Shown here one piece after another: positions 12,332 through 26,290 of a stretch of 64,000 nt of DNA. The stretch lies in assembly GCF_009834535.1 (NCBI RefSeq), contig NC_045696.1:110176001-110240000 (forward strand), written 5' to 3'. Position 1 is the first letter of the stretch. Each line of letters starts with the position of its first letter. Origin of the DNA: Camelus ferus (lineage: Eukaryota). Below the pieces are notes generated by a model that was not told where the DNA came from, did not search any database, and was given only the letters and a program-made list of their open reading frames with translations. A program made the translations under genes and the position numbers.

Positions 12332-15300
12332 GAATATTACTTAACCATAAAAAAAATGAAATTCTGCCATTTGCAACAGTGTGAATGGACCTAGAGATTA
12401 TTATGCTTAGTGAAATAAGTCAAAAGATAAACACTGTGTCATCACTTACATGTGGAATCTCAAATACAAAACAAATGAATGTATATAACAAAACAGAAAC
12501 AGACTTATAGACATAGAAAACAAACTAGTAGTTTACCAGTGGGGTGAGGGAAGTGGGAGGGACAAGATAGGGGTAGGGGAGTGAGAGACAAATTATTATG
12601 TATGAAATAAATAAGCAACAAGGATTTACTGTACAGTATGGAGAAATATAGCCATTATTTTTAATAACTTCAATGGAGTATAATCTTTAAGAATTGTGAA
12701 TCACTATGTTGTACACCTGAAACTAATATTGTAAATCAACAATATTTATCAGTCAATCAATCAGTTAATCAATCATTTTTTTCTCCATTTTTTCTACAAG
12801 ATCCAAAAGTGATTAAAACTGAGGGGTGTGTGTGAAGAGGGGGGAACATTTCACAGTGTAATAATTTAGTCTTATTTAGTGGAATTACTCTTACTAAATA
12901 GATAAATTCCAATCTTAAAGCTCTTTTAGTTGAACATATCTCAAGTTTCTAATTACTTTCTGCTAAATTGCATTTATGTTTCAGCTGATTATTCACTTAA
13001 ATTATTGAGTCCCTATCAAAAATCAAAAATAAAAAATATCACTATTAGTTCCACGGTTCTTCAGAGGGTGACAGTCTTTGTAACTTCGGCTTCACTTTTT
13101 CTTGGGCTTCTCCCACCCTTGCTCAATCTAATCCCTGGATGCTCAGCTCAGCAATTCAGAGCAGCTTTGCTGAGCATCACTCATTTGCCAAGAGGGGTTC
13201 AGAACTGGCCTGTTTTGGGGTAACTTGGCTTTCTTATACTTCAGAGCTAGAGGAAGGCTGGAGCTGTCCCTTGGGTGACATTGAGTGAGTGGTCACAAGG
13301 GGTTAGGAAGGAGGGGTACATGCCCTGCTGTCCACAAGGAGTGACTCTGGGGACCCATCTGTGGGTGGCGGAAAACAGACCTGAGATGGGTACACATGTG
13401 AGCTCTGCAGACTCCACCCTGTCGGCCAAGGCATGCAGGTGAGACGCTCTGCTCCACTCCTCACACACTTGTTTCACATTTCAGTTTAGGGAGCTCTTTT
13501 TCCTCAAGGCTGATTTAGTTTGTCTTAGACTAGAAGACCCGCAGAACAAAGCGGGCAGCACCCAGAGTGACTCCTCAGGATGGCCTAGCGCTGCCCGGGA
13601 GACACACTGCCTGCATCCTGGGAACAGACGCAGCACTGCGTCAGTCTGGGAGACAGAGCTCAGGGGATCCTGGCAAGGTTCCTGTTCCTCCTTACACAGA
13701 AGACAAGGACTAGAAACTACCCGGAGTGGGCCACCTCTGACTAAGCAGCAGCCGGGGGAAGCCGGCCTGAACAAGCAGGAATCCACCTGGGCACAGGAAA
13801 CTGGAAATGCGGGGGTATTTGGAGAAGAAAAAAAAAAGAAAAGTTGAAGTGATTTTATTTCTGCCTTATCATTTTGAGAACTCTGGATGCCTTCCCTGAA
13901 GAGGAAATGCCTCTGTCCCCGGTCTGAACAACGCACTGGAGGATGCACGGGGGCCAGGCCCTCCTGCACTGTGCCCTTGGTACAACAGTGGACTGGACCC
14001 ACCCCTCTCCTCTCCCCTGCTGCCCAGCACTTGCTCTGGGCAGCAGCCCTCCCTCACATGGCTAGCTCCTTACTAAATGCCACTGTAATCACTGCAACAG
14101 AAAAGGAAAAAAAGGAGTAGAAGAAACACAAAGTACACTTAAATTGGCACTTTTTCTCTCTGCAAAAAATACAGTTTAAGACCTCAGATTTCTTTTTCAT
14201 TAATTTTTCAATTATAAAACACCAGCTGCCAACCTCGCACACCCCCATTCGCTTACTTCTCTTGCTTCTTACTCAAGTCTTTGCCCAGTCAGACAAAGAC
14301 TAAGGAACTACAGGAACCCAGCCCTGAAGTTCTGGTCTCTATGCCATAGGTCTACCTGCTTCTTTGGCTGTGGCATGACCATCTGATATACAGAACCAAG
14401 GAAGTGCCTCCAGCGCTCCCAGCTCTGAACAAAGCAGTCATTCTCTGCTTTGGTGTGGCAAGCTGATCTGATTTCTTGGACCTGGTCTTGATTTCTCTTC
14501 CTGCCATCAGCTTCTCCCAAATCTGGATCTCTGATTCTGACTTGGGCCAAATTCCAGTCAGCTTTGGAAAGGTGGTACAGCAGAAAGAGGCTAAGCCCCT
14601 TCCCTTCACAAGGATTAGGCAGAGGCCCTCAGCCATCTCAACCTGGAAAGCTGTCTTTTGGCCTTCAGCCAAATGAAGATGGGAAAGAACATAAGGTAAT
14701 CAGCTTTAACATTCTGATTCTAGATTCTTAAAAAATCTGCAGGAACAAGTCAAAGTGGAAGGTTATAAGACATAAACTTTATGGGCAGCGCAGCTTAATT
14801 TTTATTACATACTCTGCTTCTGCAGTTTTTCTGTTCCTTGGACCTCCTTTCCCTTTAAGTTCTCCTATTTATGGTAGACTGTTTGTTCCAGGCACTCCCA
14901 CCCCAATCTCCAGCATTTTGTCCCAGAAATAGCAAAAAGCTACTCAAAACTAGGACCAGTCTCAGCTTCCAGGAGACATCAAGGACGTCCCCCTCCCCCA
15001 TCTGTATATCAGCCTCCTTGCATGCATAGTGAGAATGGCAGTCATGTCCTTGACCCCCAGAGTGTGAGAAGAACGCTAAACTGAAACAACAGACACGTGT
15101 AAGGGAGTGTTAGCACTACTCTCAGTGCCATTTCCTGTCTTTATGGACAAGTCCGTTTCCTTTCAGCCCTTACAACTCTATCAATGTCTCTACTGATTCT
15201 TCCCTCTGCTTGCTATCCACAGGAATTACTTTCATCCCTTCACTGCTCTTTAATCTGTTCTCCATCTTAACCTTTTACTTTGGCCCCTTAGTCAAGCTCT

Positions 15301-15538
15301 TAAATGATGGCTATTTTCTAGATGCAGAGACTGGGAATCCTAGCGGGACAAGGTGCAAAATAAGGGAAATTCAGGAATGCTAACCAAGACCAGAGCTACT
15401 GGTTTTAAACACTTGTCTGACAGAGAAACAATATGCTGAGGGCCTCATAACCGGCTCTGCCACTCCTTGTTGAGTCACGACATTTCCCCTAGCATATCCT
15501 CATGGTTTTTCCCTTTGCCCCAGCCCATATTTCTCAGC

Positions 15539-16205
15539 AACATATGCAAAACGTTCTCTGACATAAATCTTAGCAATGTTCTCCTAGGGCAGTCTACCCA
15601 GACGATAGAAATAAGAGCAAAAATTAACAAATGGGACCTAATTAAATGTATAAGCGTTTGCACAGCAAAGGAAACCATAAGCAAAACAAAACGACAACCT
15701 ATGGAATGGGAGAAAATATTTGCAAATGATGTGACTGACAAAGCCTTAATTTCCAGAGTATATAAATAGCTTATACAACTTAATAAGAAAAAATCCAACA
15801 ATCCAGTCAAAAAACAGGCAAAGGGCCTAAATAAGCAATTCTCCAATGAAGACATACAAATGGCCAATAGGCACATGAAAAAAAAATAGCTCAATATCAC
15901 TAATTATCAGAGAAATGCAAATCAAAACTACAACGAGATATTATATCACCTCATACCAGTCAGGGTGGCCATCATTCAAAAGTCCACAAACAATAAATGC
16001 TGGAGAGGGTGTGGAGAAAAGGGAACCCTCCTACCCTGCTGGTGGGAATGCAGTCTGGTGCAGTCATTGTGGAAAACATTATGGAGATTCCTCAAAAGAC
16101 TAAAAATAGTCTTACCATATGATCCAGCAATCCCACTCCTGGGCATATTTCCAGAGGGAACCTTAATTCAAAAAGATACATGCACCCCAATGTTCACAGC
16201 AGCAC
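15539..16205 (+). mobile_element. Young L1 ORF2 fragment truncated at both ends
   Basis: ORF2 C-terminal peptides ([21 protein letters not shown]); stops at ...GTTCACAGCAGCAC with no 3' UTR or poly-A. Confidence 0.88.
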
Positions 16206-17329
16206 ATAAAAGTAGATTTTTTAAAAATTTGTGTATTTTAAAAGTGAAAAGGGCAAAAAAGCTAAGTTGAGACATCAATATGGCAACGAGGCCTCTTAAA
16301 GGGCAAAGTGGAGAGCTGTTGCTCTGGGCTGTTTCTCTCTTTGACTGGTTTCTCATATGCCATCATCTTTGACCTCTTTGCCCATTCTTTTAGAGACATG
16401 ATCCTCATCTTGACCTTCTCCTCCAACCCTCCCTCTACTACACTTAGAGAACTCAGCCAACCACCATTAGTTACCGTGACTAGAGTGTATCAAAGCCCCC
16501 TGCTGGGTGAGTGGGACACAAGTTGCAAACCAATGAATTAGAGTGTCTGCACAACTGTAGTATGTATTGTAGAGGTGTCTATTAGTATCTTACCTGACTC
16601 ACATTTTCTAAAGAAATTCAAAGCTCTGCTACTCAACTGTAAGTCCTTTGGGGGCTGACACTGACTTTTGGCTTAACTTTATAGAGTACATTTTATACAT
16701 CTCAAGGTTAAGCATATGTATTAAAAAAACGCCTGTTTCTAATTACATATATTGTATTTAAAAGTACATGTATTAGAAAACTAAACCCTTAAATCCTTCT
16801 TCTGCTTTCCTCACTCTCCAAGTCTCAACGAATCTCTTTCCTTCTCTAATGTCCCCCATCATCCAAAGCTATATTCCTTTCCAGATTAGCTCTTCCTTCC
16901 TTTGGACCTTGGGGTATCCAGACACCACCCCATTTCCTAGCAATCTGTCTCATGCTTCCTCACTCCGTCAGCCTCCTTTTCTTGCTTCCCCTTGAACACT
17001 GGTCTAAAGGAACATTATTCCCATATGGCTTTGTGCCTTTGTTCTCACCCTTCAAACCATCTGTTACTTCCTCTGTGACTCACTGCTGGTGCAAAGCAGG
17101 AGAAAGCTCAGTGTTTCCCACAGCAACAAAACACAGACTGGACTAAATAATGTCCTGTGTTTCCCACCATCTCACAAAGGATAAGGTACAAGGGATAGGG
17201 TAGTATGGTCAGAGGAGAAGTTAAAACCACAGGATGTGCTAGTAGATATGAGGAGTGATGAAGAAAAGGATGACAAGTGAAGACTGTGATGAGGTAGATT
17301 CCTTGAGAATTAAGATTATTATCCAGTAA

Positions 17330-20300
17330 AGGTGCTTTACCTTGCTAGAAATCATAGCAAAATAGTAAGAGATGTTCAAATCACCAGGGATCAAAGGAAT
17401 ACAAAAATTACACACTAGTAGCCTGGCAAAAATTATAAAGTTGGATAATGCCATGCATTGGTGGTGACTTGGGGAAATCTCCTAGAAGCCATCAGCACCT
17501 CCAAGAAGTGCTGGTGAAGGGACTATGTGATACAGCTGTTTTGGGGAGCAATCAAATACTACTTAGTAAAATTAAGTATGACCTAGCAGTTCCACTACTA
17601 TGTATATTTATATCCCAGAGAAATGCTCATACACAGTTAAAAGAGTCTGTTGATGGCAGTATTGTTTGTGAGGAGGAGGAGCTGGAAGGAATCTGGGTGA
17701 GCGCCATTGGCTGGATGGATGGATAAAGTGTGGTAGATGTGTCATGGAGAAGCACAGAAAAAGAGCAGGTTAGATGTACATATAGCAATATGAGCAGACA
17801 GTAAAAATGCAACGCTTAGTGGGGGAAAACATGAAACAAGTTTTGTTATATATGAAAAACAATATGAATTTTACAATATACTCATATAAAAAAGACATAT
17901 ACATTAAGCAAATTAAAATGATTGCCTACGGGGGAGGGGATCATAATGACAAATGGGGATAAAATGAACTAAATAAAAAAAATGTATTTATCAAGATATA
18001 TATGTGTCAAGAGGAATCCTACAACCAATGTTGTAGATGTGAAATGAGTCAAGAAAAAGGCTCAACTCAACTCTCTGTACTTGTGACTTAAAAAACAACA
18101 AACAAACAAACAAAACAAAACAAAACAAAACAAAAAAAACCTCCCATGACTCTGGAAGACAGGTACACAGGACTTGAAACCCCAACTCCGCCTTCCTGAT
18201 AGACCAGTCAAAAGTAATCACTGCTTCTGCTGTGCTCTCAAAATTCTAAACTGATGTGTCTTTGTGTGACAAGCACAACAACAACATAAAGCAACGTTAT
18301 TAGTCACTAAAGAAATGCAAATCAAAACCACAGCCACTAGAGTGGCTACAATAAAACAAGGCAGATAATAACAGTACTGGCAAGGATGTGGAGAAATTGG
18401 AATCCTCCTACACTGCTGGTAGGAATGTCAAACTGCGCAGCCACTGTGGAAGACAGCCTGGCAATTTCTCAAGTGATGAAACGCAGAGTTACTCCATTCT
18501 TAGGCAGATACCGAAGATAAATGAAATATATACCCACACAAGAACTTGTACACAAATGTTCATAACATTATTCATAATATCCAAAGAAGTGAAAACAACC
18601 CAAATGTTCATCCACTGATCAACAAACAAAATATGGTATATCTAAACAATCTAATATTACGTGGACATAAAGAGTAATGAAGGACTGATGGATGCTACAA
18701 TATGATTCTTTAAAACATTATGCTAAGTAAACAAAGCCAGGCACAAAAGATTATGTATGTAATGAATTCATTTTTATGAAAAGTCTGGAAGAGCCAAATT
18801 CATAGAGATAGAAAGCAACTGAGTAGTTGGCAGGGGCTGGGAGCTGCCAGAGGGCAGGGTATGACTGATAATGAGTATGAAGTTTCTCTGAGGGATGACA
18901 AAAATGTTCTGAAACTATGTGGTAGAGATGGCTGTACAACTCTGCATGTACTAAAACCCATTGAATTGTATATTTTAAACAAGTGAATTGTATGGTATGT
19001 AGATTATATCTCAATAAAGCTGTTATTTTTTTAAAGGAGGCCTTGGTATACTTTTTGACATCAGCCTTAGCAATATTTTTTTTGGATCTATCTCCTCAAG
19101 CAAGGGAAACAAAAGCAAAAATAAACAAATGGGACTATATCAAATTAAACAGCTTTTGCACAGTGAAGGAAACCATCTACAAAATGAGAAGGCAACCTAC
19201 TAAATGGAAGAAGGTATTTGCAAACGATATCTAATAAGGAGTTAATATGCAAAATATGTGAAGAACTCATACAACTCAATGTCAAAAAATAAAGCACCAA
19301 ACAAAAAATGGGCAGAGACCTGAAGAGACATTTCTCCAAAGAGGACACGCAGGAAGGAGGAGGTCAAGGCAAGGATAGAGAGAGAGAAGACAGACAAGCA
19401 TGAGTTTTAAGAGGGAAGAGAAGGGGAACAGTTGGCTAGGCATGACATGTGAGGCAGATGAAGACATACGGGGAAAGAGGCTTTGATAAGTGGTGCTGTG
19501 CATCATAGCTGGAATTCCCCTTCAGTTCCTGTTTAGGAGACTTCAGGAATGACTTAAACCATTTTTCACTGGTATCAGTAAAATATCAGACTATTTCCGA
19601 CTAGTGGATGTTAGACCATTTCTGGATATTAAACTGTATTATGACTGACCAAGAGGCTACTCAGTTTTACGTGGCTTATATAAACATTCAATTCAAATAA
19701 TGTCCACTTGGCCAAATCTGAGTACCAAAATATTGAAGACAGCAATGAATTATAAACCTTGAGTCCACACCAATCATAAACAGATGGAGAAATACATACA
19801 GGGTGAAGGGCGGGTTCTTACCAACAGCAGATTGTTCAACGTGAAAAGTGGGGGTGGGTAGGTCCAGAAAAAGCATTTTGCAACCACCCCAGTAAAGACT
19901 GATTTGGGCAAGAATCATCAATGAAAGTTAAATGTAGGAGAAAACAGTTTATGAGAAGAAAGATACCTACAACAGTAACTATACAGTAGAGAAACTGTAC
20001 ATCTGGACCAGGTGACCAAAATTACCACCACCAGTGTTGGACAGGTGGACATCAAGTACTTCTAAATGTAATCATCTTCTTTGCCCACTAGGATGGCTAC
20101 CATTAAAAGACAGACAATAGCAAGTAATAGCGAGGATGTGAGGAAACTGGAATCTTCATACACTGCCCGTGGGAAGATGAAATAATACAGCCACTTTAGA
20201 AAAGAGTTTGAGAGTTTCTTACAAAGAAACACTAATGTATGATCCCAGTCCTAAGTATCCATTCAAGAGAAATTAAAACGTATGTGCACTCAAAGGCTTG

Positions 20301-20419
20301 TGCATGAATATACAAGCATCATGGTTCATAATAACCAAAAAGTGGAAACAACTCAAATGTGCATCAGGTGATAAGTGGATGAACAAAATGTGGTATATCC
20401 ATATAATGGAATCCTATTT

Positions 20420-20454
<35 letters not shown>

Positions 20455-21270
20455 ATCCCCAAACACTGATACATTCTGTAAGAATGAGCCTCAATGAATG
20501 AAAAAAGTCAGATGCAAAGACTCCATACTGTGATTTCACTTACATGAAATGTCCAGGAGAGGAAAATCTATAATGACAGAAAGCAGATAAGTGGTTTCCT
20601 GGGGCTGGGGTTGGGAGCAGGAATTGACTGTAAACGGAAATCAAGGGATCTTTTTGTGGTAACTGAAATGTTCTAAAACTGGATTGTAGTGACGTTTGCA
20701 CAATTCTGTAAATTTACTAAAAAAACTGAATTGTATGCTTTATTAAACTGGTGATTTTTATCACATGTAAATTCTTTACCAATACAGCTGGGTTTTTTTT
20801 AATGTAATGTCATAAAAAACACAGAAAGGCTGTGGGACTTTTGCAGAGTAGAATAAAATAGGTAATAAGTGATCCTAGATTAGAGGGGAAAATGTGCTGT
20901 AGAAGACATTACTGGGTCAATGGAATGTGGACAGTATATTAGACAAAAGTATTATATCAATGTTAAATTTACCAAGGCTGCTAACAGTACTATGGTCATC
21001 TAAGGGAATATCCTTAGTCATAGGAAATACACACCAAAGTGTTTAGAGGTAAGGAATCATGGGATATGCAACTTACTCTCAAATGATTTCACAGAAAATA
21101 ATATGTATATATACAGCCACCTACATAAAAAGAGAGGTGGAGAGAAAATGTGTGTACATGAGCATGCAAATGGGACAAAATATTAACAAATAAGTGAATC
21201 TGAATCTGGGTAATGAGTATGTGGGTGATCTCTAATGTATTTAAACTTTTCTAAGTTTGAAATTATTTCC
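17330..21270 (+). mobile_element. Cluster of ancient L1M (L1MB/MC/ME-like) fragments
   Basis: Several highly diverged ORF2-end and 3' UTR segments (~17340-17990, 18290-19030, 19030-19350, 19600-21270). Confidence 0.7.
18090..18140. repeat. (CAAA/CAAAA)n simple repeat
   Basis: aaaaacaaca aacaaacaaa caaaacaaaa caaaacaaaa caaaaaaaac. Confidence 0.9.
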
Positions 21271-23898
21271 AAACAAACAAACAAAAAAAGTGAATTCCCA
21301 CTGAGCACTTTTTGCACATCGGGGAGAGTATAGGGTACTGGGAACACAGGGAGAGGACGAACGCCTGAGCTCCCACTTTCAAGGAAGTCACATCTGCATT
21401 AGTTGGCTGTTCAGTGTCCCCATCTCCTCCATGTGAGTCCCCTGAGGTCCACAGATGTTGGATTTAAAAAAGGAGGGGGTGCAACAGAACATTCAGAGTT
21501 GCTGCAGTAGCCTAGCTCCCACGTACCCATCTCTAGCTCACAACACAATTCATTTCTCATGGCAAATGGCTGTTAAGTGAACAAGAATCAGTGAAAGCAC
21601 TCATCGCAAAGAGTTTATTGTAGTCAGATCAACAAAAAGCTTTTTCTGCAGGTTGTCTGCCAGGACATGGGCACTGCTTTGTTACAGAGAATGAGTCTGT
21701 ATAATGAAATGTTATAATGAGATTTAAATCGTGCTCTCTTCTTAATAAACATTCTTCAGGGTTATTATGCTTTTCCTTTACATCTGTATTTGTAGCATTT
21801 CCCTATAAGTTGCATCAGAGTCCTAGGCCTTTTCCAGACGAAAATCCACTTTAATTTCCTCAGCTTTCATAGCTCACTGTCCACAGGCTCTGGGGAGAGG
21901 AGGACACTGGTAGCAGGTGCACCACAGCCCTGCAGGCGCCCAGGCTGGGCTGCTCAACGCAGGTGAAGCCAGTCTTGTGCTATCCACTCACTCCTCACTT
22001 GCTTAAGCCCTCTTCTCCCAGTACTGCCAGGCCTCCCTGAACTCGGCACAATGCCACACACACCAGGCACTTAAGAGGGCCCCTCTGAACCTGTGACTGA
22101 TGGGCTACCAAAATGGCTCCCCTGAAAAGAGGTGTGAGAAGGTAGGCAAGGACCTACAACAGTTATTATACAGGTGGTGCCACTCAGTGCTGCCCCCCAT
22201 CCCGCCACCGAGAGGAGCACTTAGCGAGGTTTGATGAGGGGTACTGAGCCAAAAGAGAAGAATGGGCAGAAATGCAGCAGTTGGCTTTTACGGGAAAATT
22301 AATTTAGACGACATGTTAAAGGTGGAAGGTGCTGGGGAGGACCAATCAAAGAGAAATTTATTATCCTGGAGGAGGGAAATCTACCAGGTTTTGTGAGTGA
22401 AGAAAAGCAGATAAGGAGACTGAAGAATGTACACACTGTTGGGAGCACAAGAGTGAAATGAGTCGGTTATACAGCTGGACTTTGACCAAAGACTAGACAG
22501 ACCACGCACCACTCCGGGCTACAGGCATAAATGAAGGCAGGCAGAATCCAAGATGGACTCCCGTGTGGTCTTCCTATCCCCACCTTAAAGGCAGGTGTAG
22601 GGAGGAGTTTGGGGGTTAGAGAAATGGTGAGATATGGAGGGGAAGGGCTTGGGTGGTAAATAAAAGGATTTGTACTGAACTGGACCTTATGTTTCTTCAG
22701 CACAACAGACTTGACTTGATCCTAGTCGTCTAAATAAATAAATCCTGCAGGTGCACGTTGCCTCAACCATTTCTTCACACTACTGCAGAAACGAAGGAAC
22801 GTCATGAGGGAGACAGCTAAGTGCCTTGTTTTAGTAGCTAGATTTGTATTTGTCTAATCACTTCCTAGGTTTTTTTTTTTTTTTAAACAGGTTCTTCTAG
22901 GTAAAGACTCAGCCACAAACTAAAATCAATCATGTGACTTGGTAAATTTCCATAAGAAAGTAATCCAGGACCAACAAAGTCAATCTACAATCAAAAAAGC
23001 AATGGTGCTATTCATAAGGAGATTGTATTCCTTGTGAAGACTTCTGAACTAGAGCCATGAGCCATGTCCTCACGAAGCCACGAAGCGCGTATCAGTTCCA
23101 TTTGTCGTGCCATCTTTAGGGAAGAGAGGTCATTCAAGGCCTCTCACAATCCAGAACAACTTTCCCTCTCTCTAAACTCACTTTCCACCCCTCCTCTGTT
23201 CTATCCAGAGGTCTACACCATTCTGTCCTGCTTGGAATGCCTTCCCAATTCCCTGCAACTTCACTCCTACTCATGCTTCCAGGTCCGTATTGGACCTGAC
23301 AGCTGGCCCTAAGAAGCCTTTCCTGGTTGCCCCCTTACACAGTGATCTCTCCCTTTTCTAAACCTCTAAGGCATATCTTCTAGGTGCAGCAAACTTGGCA
23401 GTTAGTATTATCAATTTTCTTATGGGCTTCCCCATCCCAAATAATTGTGAATGACTTTTGGAGGGTAAGGACACCACCTGTATCCTCACAGATAACAGGT
23501 ACCTCATAGATTTATAATTTTGTGACTCTCTGGACATGATTCCTGCCCTTCAATTCATTCTTCAGATATCAGCAAGAGTCATCTTAAGACCTCAACTAGA
23601 TCATGTCAACCTCCCTCCACCTTTTCCATTTTAAACCCTTCACCAGCTCTTCACTGCACTTAAATCTACATTCCTTACGCTGGCTAGAGGGTTCTACATG
23701 GCCTGGCTTGCTCTTAGTCTCCAACCTCTTCTCTTACCACAATACTCCAAACCAGCATCTGCCTTCCAACCATATATGCCTTCTTCCAATTCATAAACTT
23801 GCCAGTTTTATCCTGCTTCAAGTTCCTCGTACATGCTGTTCCCTCTTTATCTGAAATATTATCCCCTCCTCTCCCTCCAGCCCACCCCACATATAGTG

Positions 23899-24068
23899 CA
23901 GTTGACCCTCTGAACTGCAGGGGTCCACTTAGATGCAGATACTCTTCAACACTACAGTGCTACAGGGTTCTGGTTTGTTGAATCCACAGATGCAGAGAAA
24001 CCATGGATACAGAAGGCTGACTGTAAGTTAAACACAGACTAACCCTTGTGCTGTTCAAGAGTCAACTG
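23899..24068. mobile_element. Tigger-family MITE (MER8-like) inside an L2
   Basis: Terminal inverted repeats CAGTTGACCCTCTGAAC ... GTTCAAGAGTCAACTG. Confidence 0.8.
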
Positions 24069-24559
24069 GACTCACATCTCCTGGCTAACCTCTTCTTATT
24101 CACCACATCTCAGCACTTGTGTGAGAGGCCGTCCCAGACCACACCACCCGAAGTACATTTCCCGTATTACTCTCCATCTCAGCATCTTACACCTCCTGCA
24201 CAGTACTTTTTAATTTTTTACAGCCCCATAGCCCTCACCCTAACAAGACATATAAGGTCTGTAAGAGCAGGGTACATATCTTGGCAAAGACTAGGTGCAT
24301 TTCCAAGTAATTACTGATTTGATGTGTTAACTGAGAAAATCACAACTGAATACATTTGAAAATGTGTTATAAATTCTTAATCTAAGCAGGTGGTTGCATG
24401 CGAGCATTAGTAATTCAGAGAGCTGAGGTGGGTGAGACACTGAAGTACTGGTGGATATCGTAAAGGAAAACTTCAGGAACTAAAAAGAGGTTGTCAGAAG
24501 GGTCTCCAATGAGCAGGAAATTCACCTCTGGTGCCAGGCTTCTGGACTGGCAATGCTTT

Positions 24560-25260
24560 TATAAAGTATGCATCAATCACCCACCAGATTGGCAAATATT
24601 AAAAAGTCAGACAGTATCAAGTATTATCAGGCTACGGAGCCCAAGAGCTCCCATTACACTAGCTGGAGTGTGAAATGGTGTAACCACTTTGGAAAACAAT
24701 TTGGCATGATCTAACAAAGCTGAACATACACGGTCCCTATGACACGACAATTTGACAGTTACAGAGCCTAGAGAAAGTCTCACACGTGTGTACCTATGTT
24801 AAGACCTACACAAGGGTGACATGAACCCAGAGACACAAATAGAAATGTTGATAGCACTATTGTTCATACTGGAATAAAGAGTACACATTCACTCTTTAGG
24901 AAAAATGAAGGAAATATGGTATAAACTTCAATTCGGAGGAAACTCAAACGCTGAGCACAAGAAGCAAGATCACAGAAAAACATGCACATGGTTGTTTCTT
25001 TTTTTTAACTTTGTATGCAAATAATGTAAAAATTTTAAAACCATAAGGAATAACTACAAAGTTTAGGACACTGAATACATCTAGTAAGGGGAAAGGAGGG
25101 GAATATAGTTGGAAAAGAGCATATTGAGGGCTTCAAAGGAAGTGTTAATATTCTATTTTTTAAGCTATACAGAAGATACACAGAAGGTACATGTCTTATT
25201 CTTCATACCTGATGTATATATTTTAACTATTCTTCTATGTGTGATAAACTGATTATTTTT
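24560..25260 (+). mobile_element. Ancient L1ME-like fragment
   Basis: Diverged L1 3' motifs such as CACCCACCAGATTGGCAAATATTAAAAAGTC and ACCACTTTGGAAAACAATTTGGCA. Confidence 0.65.
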
Positions 25261-26290
25261 AAAGAATTACTGACCAAACTACAGAAGGAGAAAGGTAAAC
25301 AGTTCGTTCTAATACTAAGGATGCTGTGCAACAAAGTAGAGATCCCTGCAAAATGGCTGCTATAAAGCCCAAGGCCATGTGTGCATCCTCTCAGAAGCAA
25401 GAATATCAGTCCCTATAATCTGCAATTTTCCTTGCTTCATTGAACGTTCTATTTTTATATTAACCTACTTTTTTTCCTTTCTTCTTTGGGACATTCACTC
25501 TTAAAATTTAACTTGTTATATTTTATGCAACTTTTTAAAATATTCTAAATCCCTAATGGAGCAAGATGTGGTATGAAATAAATGAAACATATGGTAATAC
25601 ATAATAGATTGAAGGGGTCATCCTGTAACCAGGCACACAAAACACTAAAAGGGTTCATTCCACATGGAAACAGGAATAAAGTTGGTGGTTATCCCAACAT
25701 GATGCCAACTAAATTTCAAGTTCCAAGAAAATCTTTACGGAAAAGATGAACTTAAATAAATCAATGAAAACCCAGTAAGGAATGTCATGCTTGGGCTGCC
25801 AAACATAGTAATGTTATTAGTGTATAAGCATATGTATAAAATTATGATCACAGTAAAAACTCACAGAAACCACCCTAATGAAGCAAATATGAGTAGCTTT
25901 TCATAGCTATTATGGTTGTTTTGAATCCTTACACTTAACTTAGAGAATATATTTACTCATTACAGAAAAACCTCCAGAAGAGTGTATTTTCTTGTTTACA
26001 AAACTGAAATTGCCAGGCATTAATAACCCTACAATTATATTGAAAAATTCAGATGTGTAATTCTGCCCACTTGAAGCCTTGAAAGCGGCTGAACTAAGTA
26101 GAAATAGGCACAAGCTGGTATTGCAATTTTCATTTTAAAAATTATTTTTATTCCTAGAATGCTACATATAAATACTCCTAATCACATGAATACCATTCCT
26201 CTCATTTTAAAAACTGGACCAGTTATGGATAAAACAAGTTGTTAGAAATAAGATCGAGGAGCTACCACTTAAATACATCACAGAAGCTCT

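Larger units (their letters stand above)
9020..12740 (+). mobile_element. 5'-truncated LINE-1 (ORF2 RT to 3' UTR), interrupted by a younger L1
   Basis: ORF 9425-9877 has L1 RT motifs ([22 protein letters not shown] in place of FADD). Host sequence resumes at 11330 and ends in a 3' UTR near 12740. Confidence 0.92.

Noticed and set aside
22120..22790. Possible old LTR ending AATAAATCC...CTTCACA
   Set aside because: Too diverged to assign by eye; needs a Dfam search.
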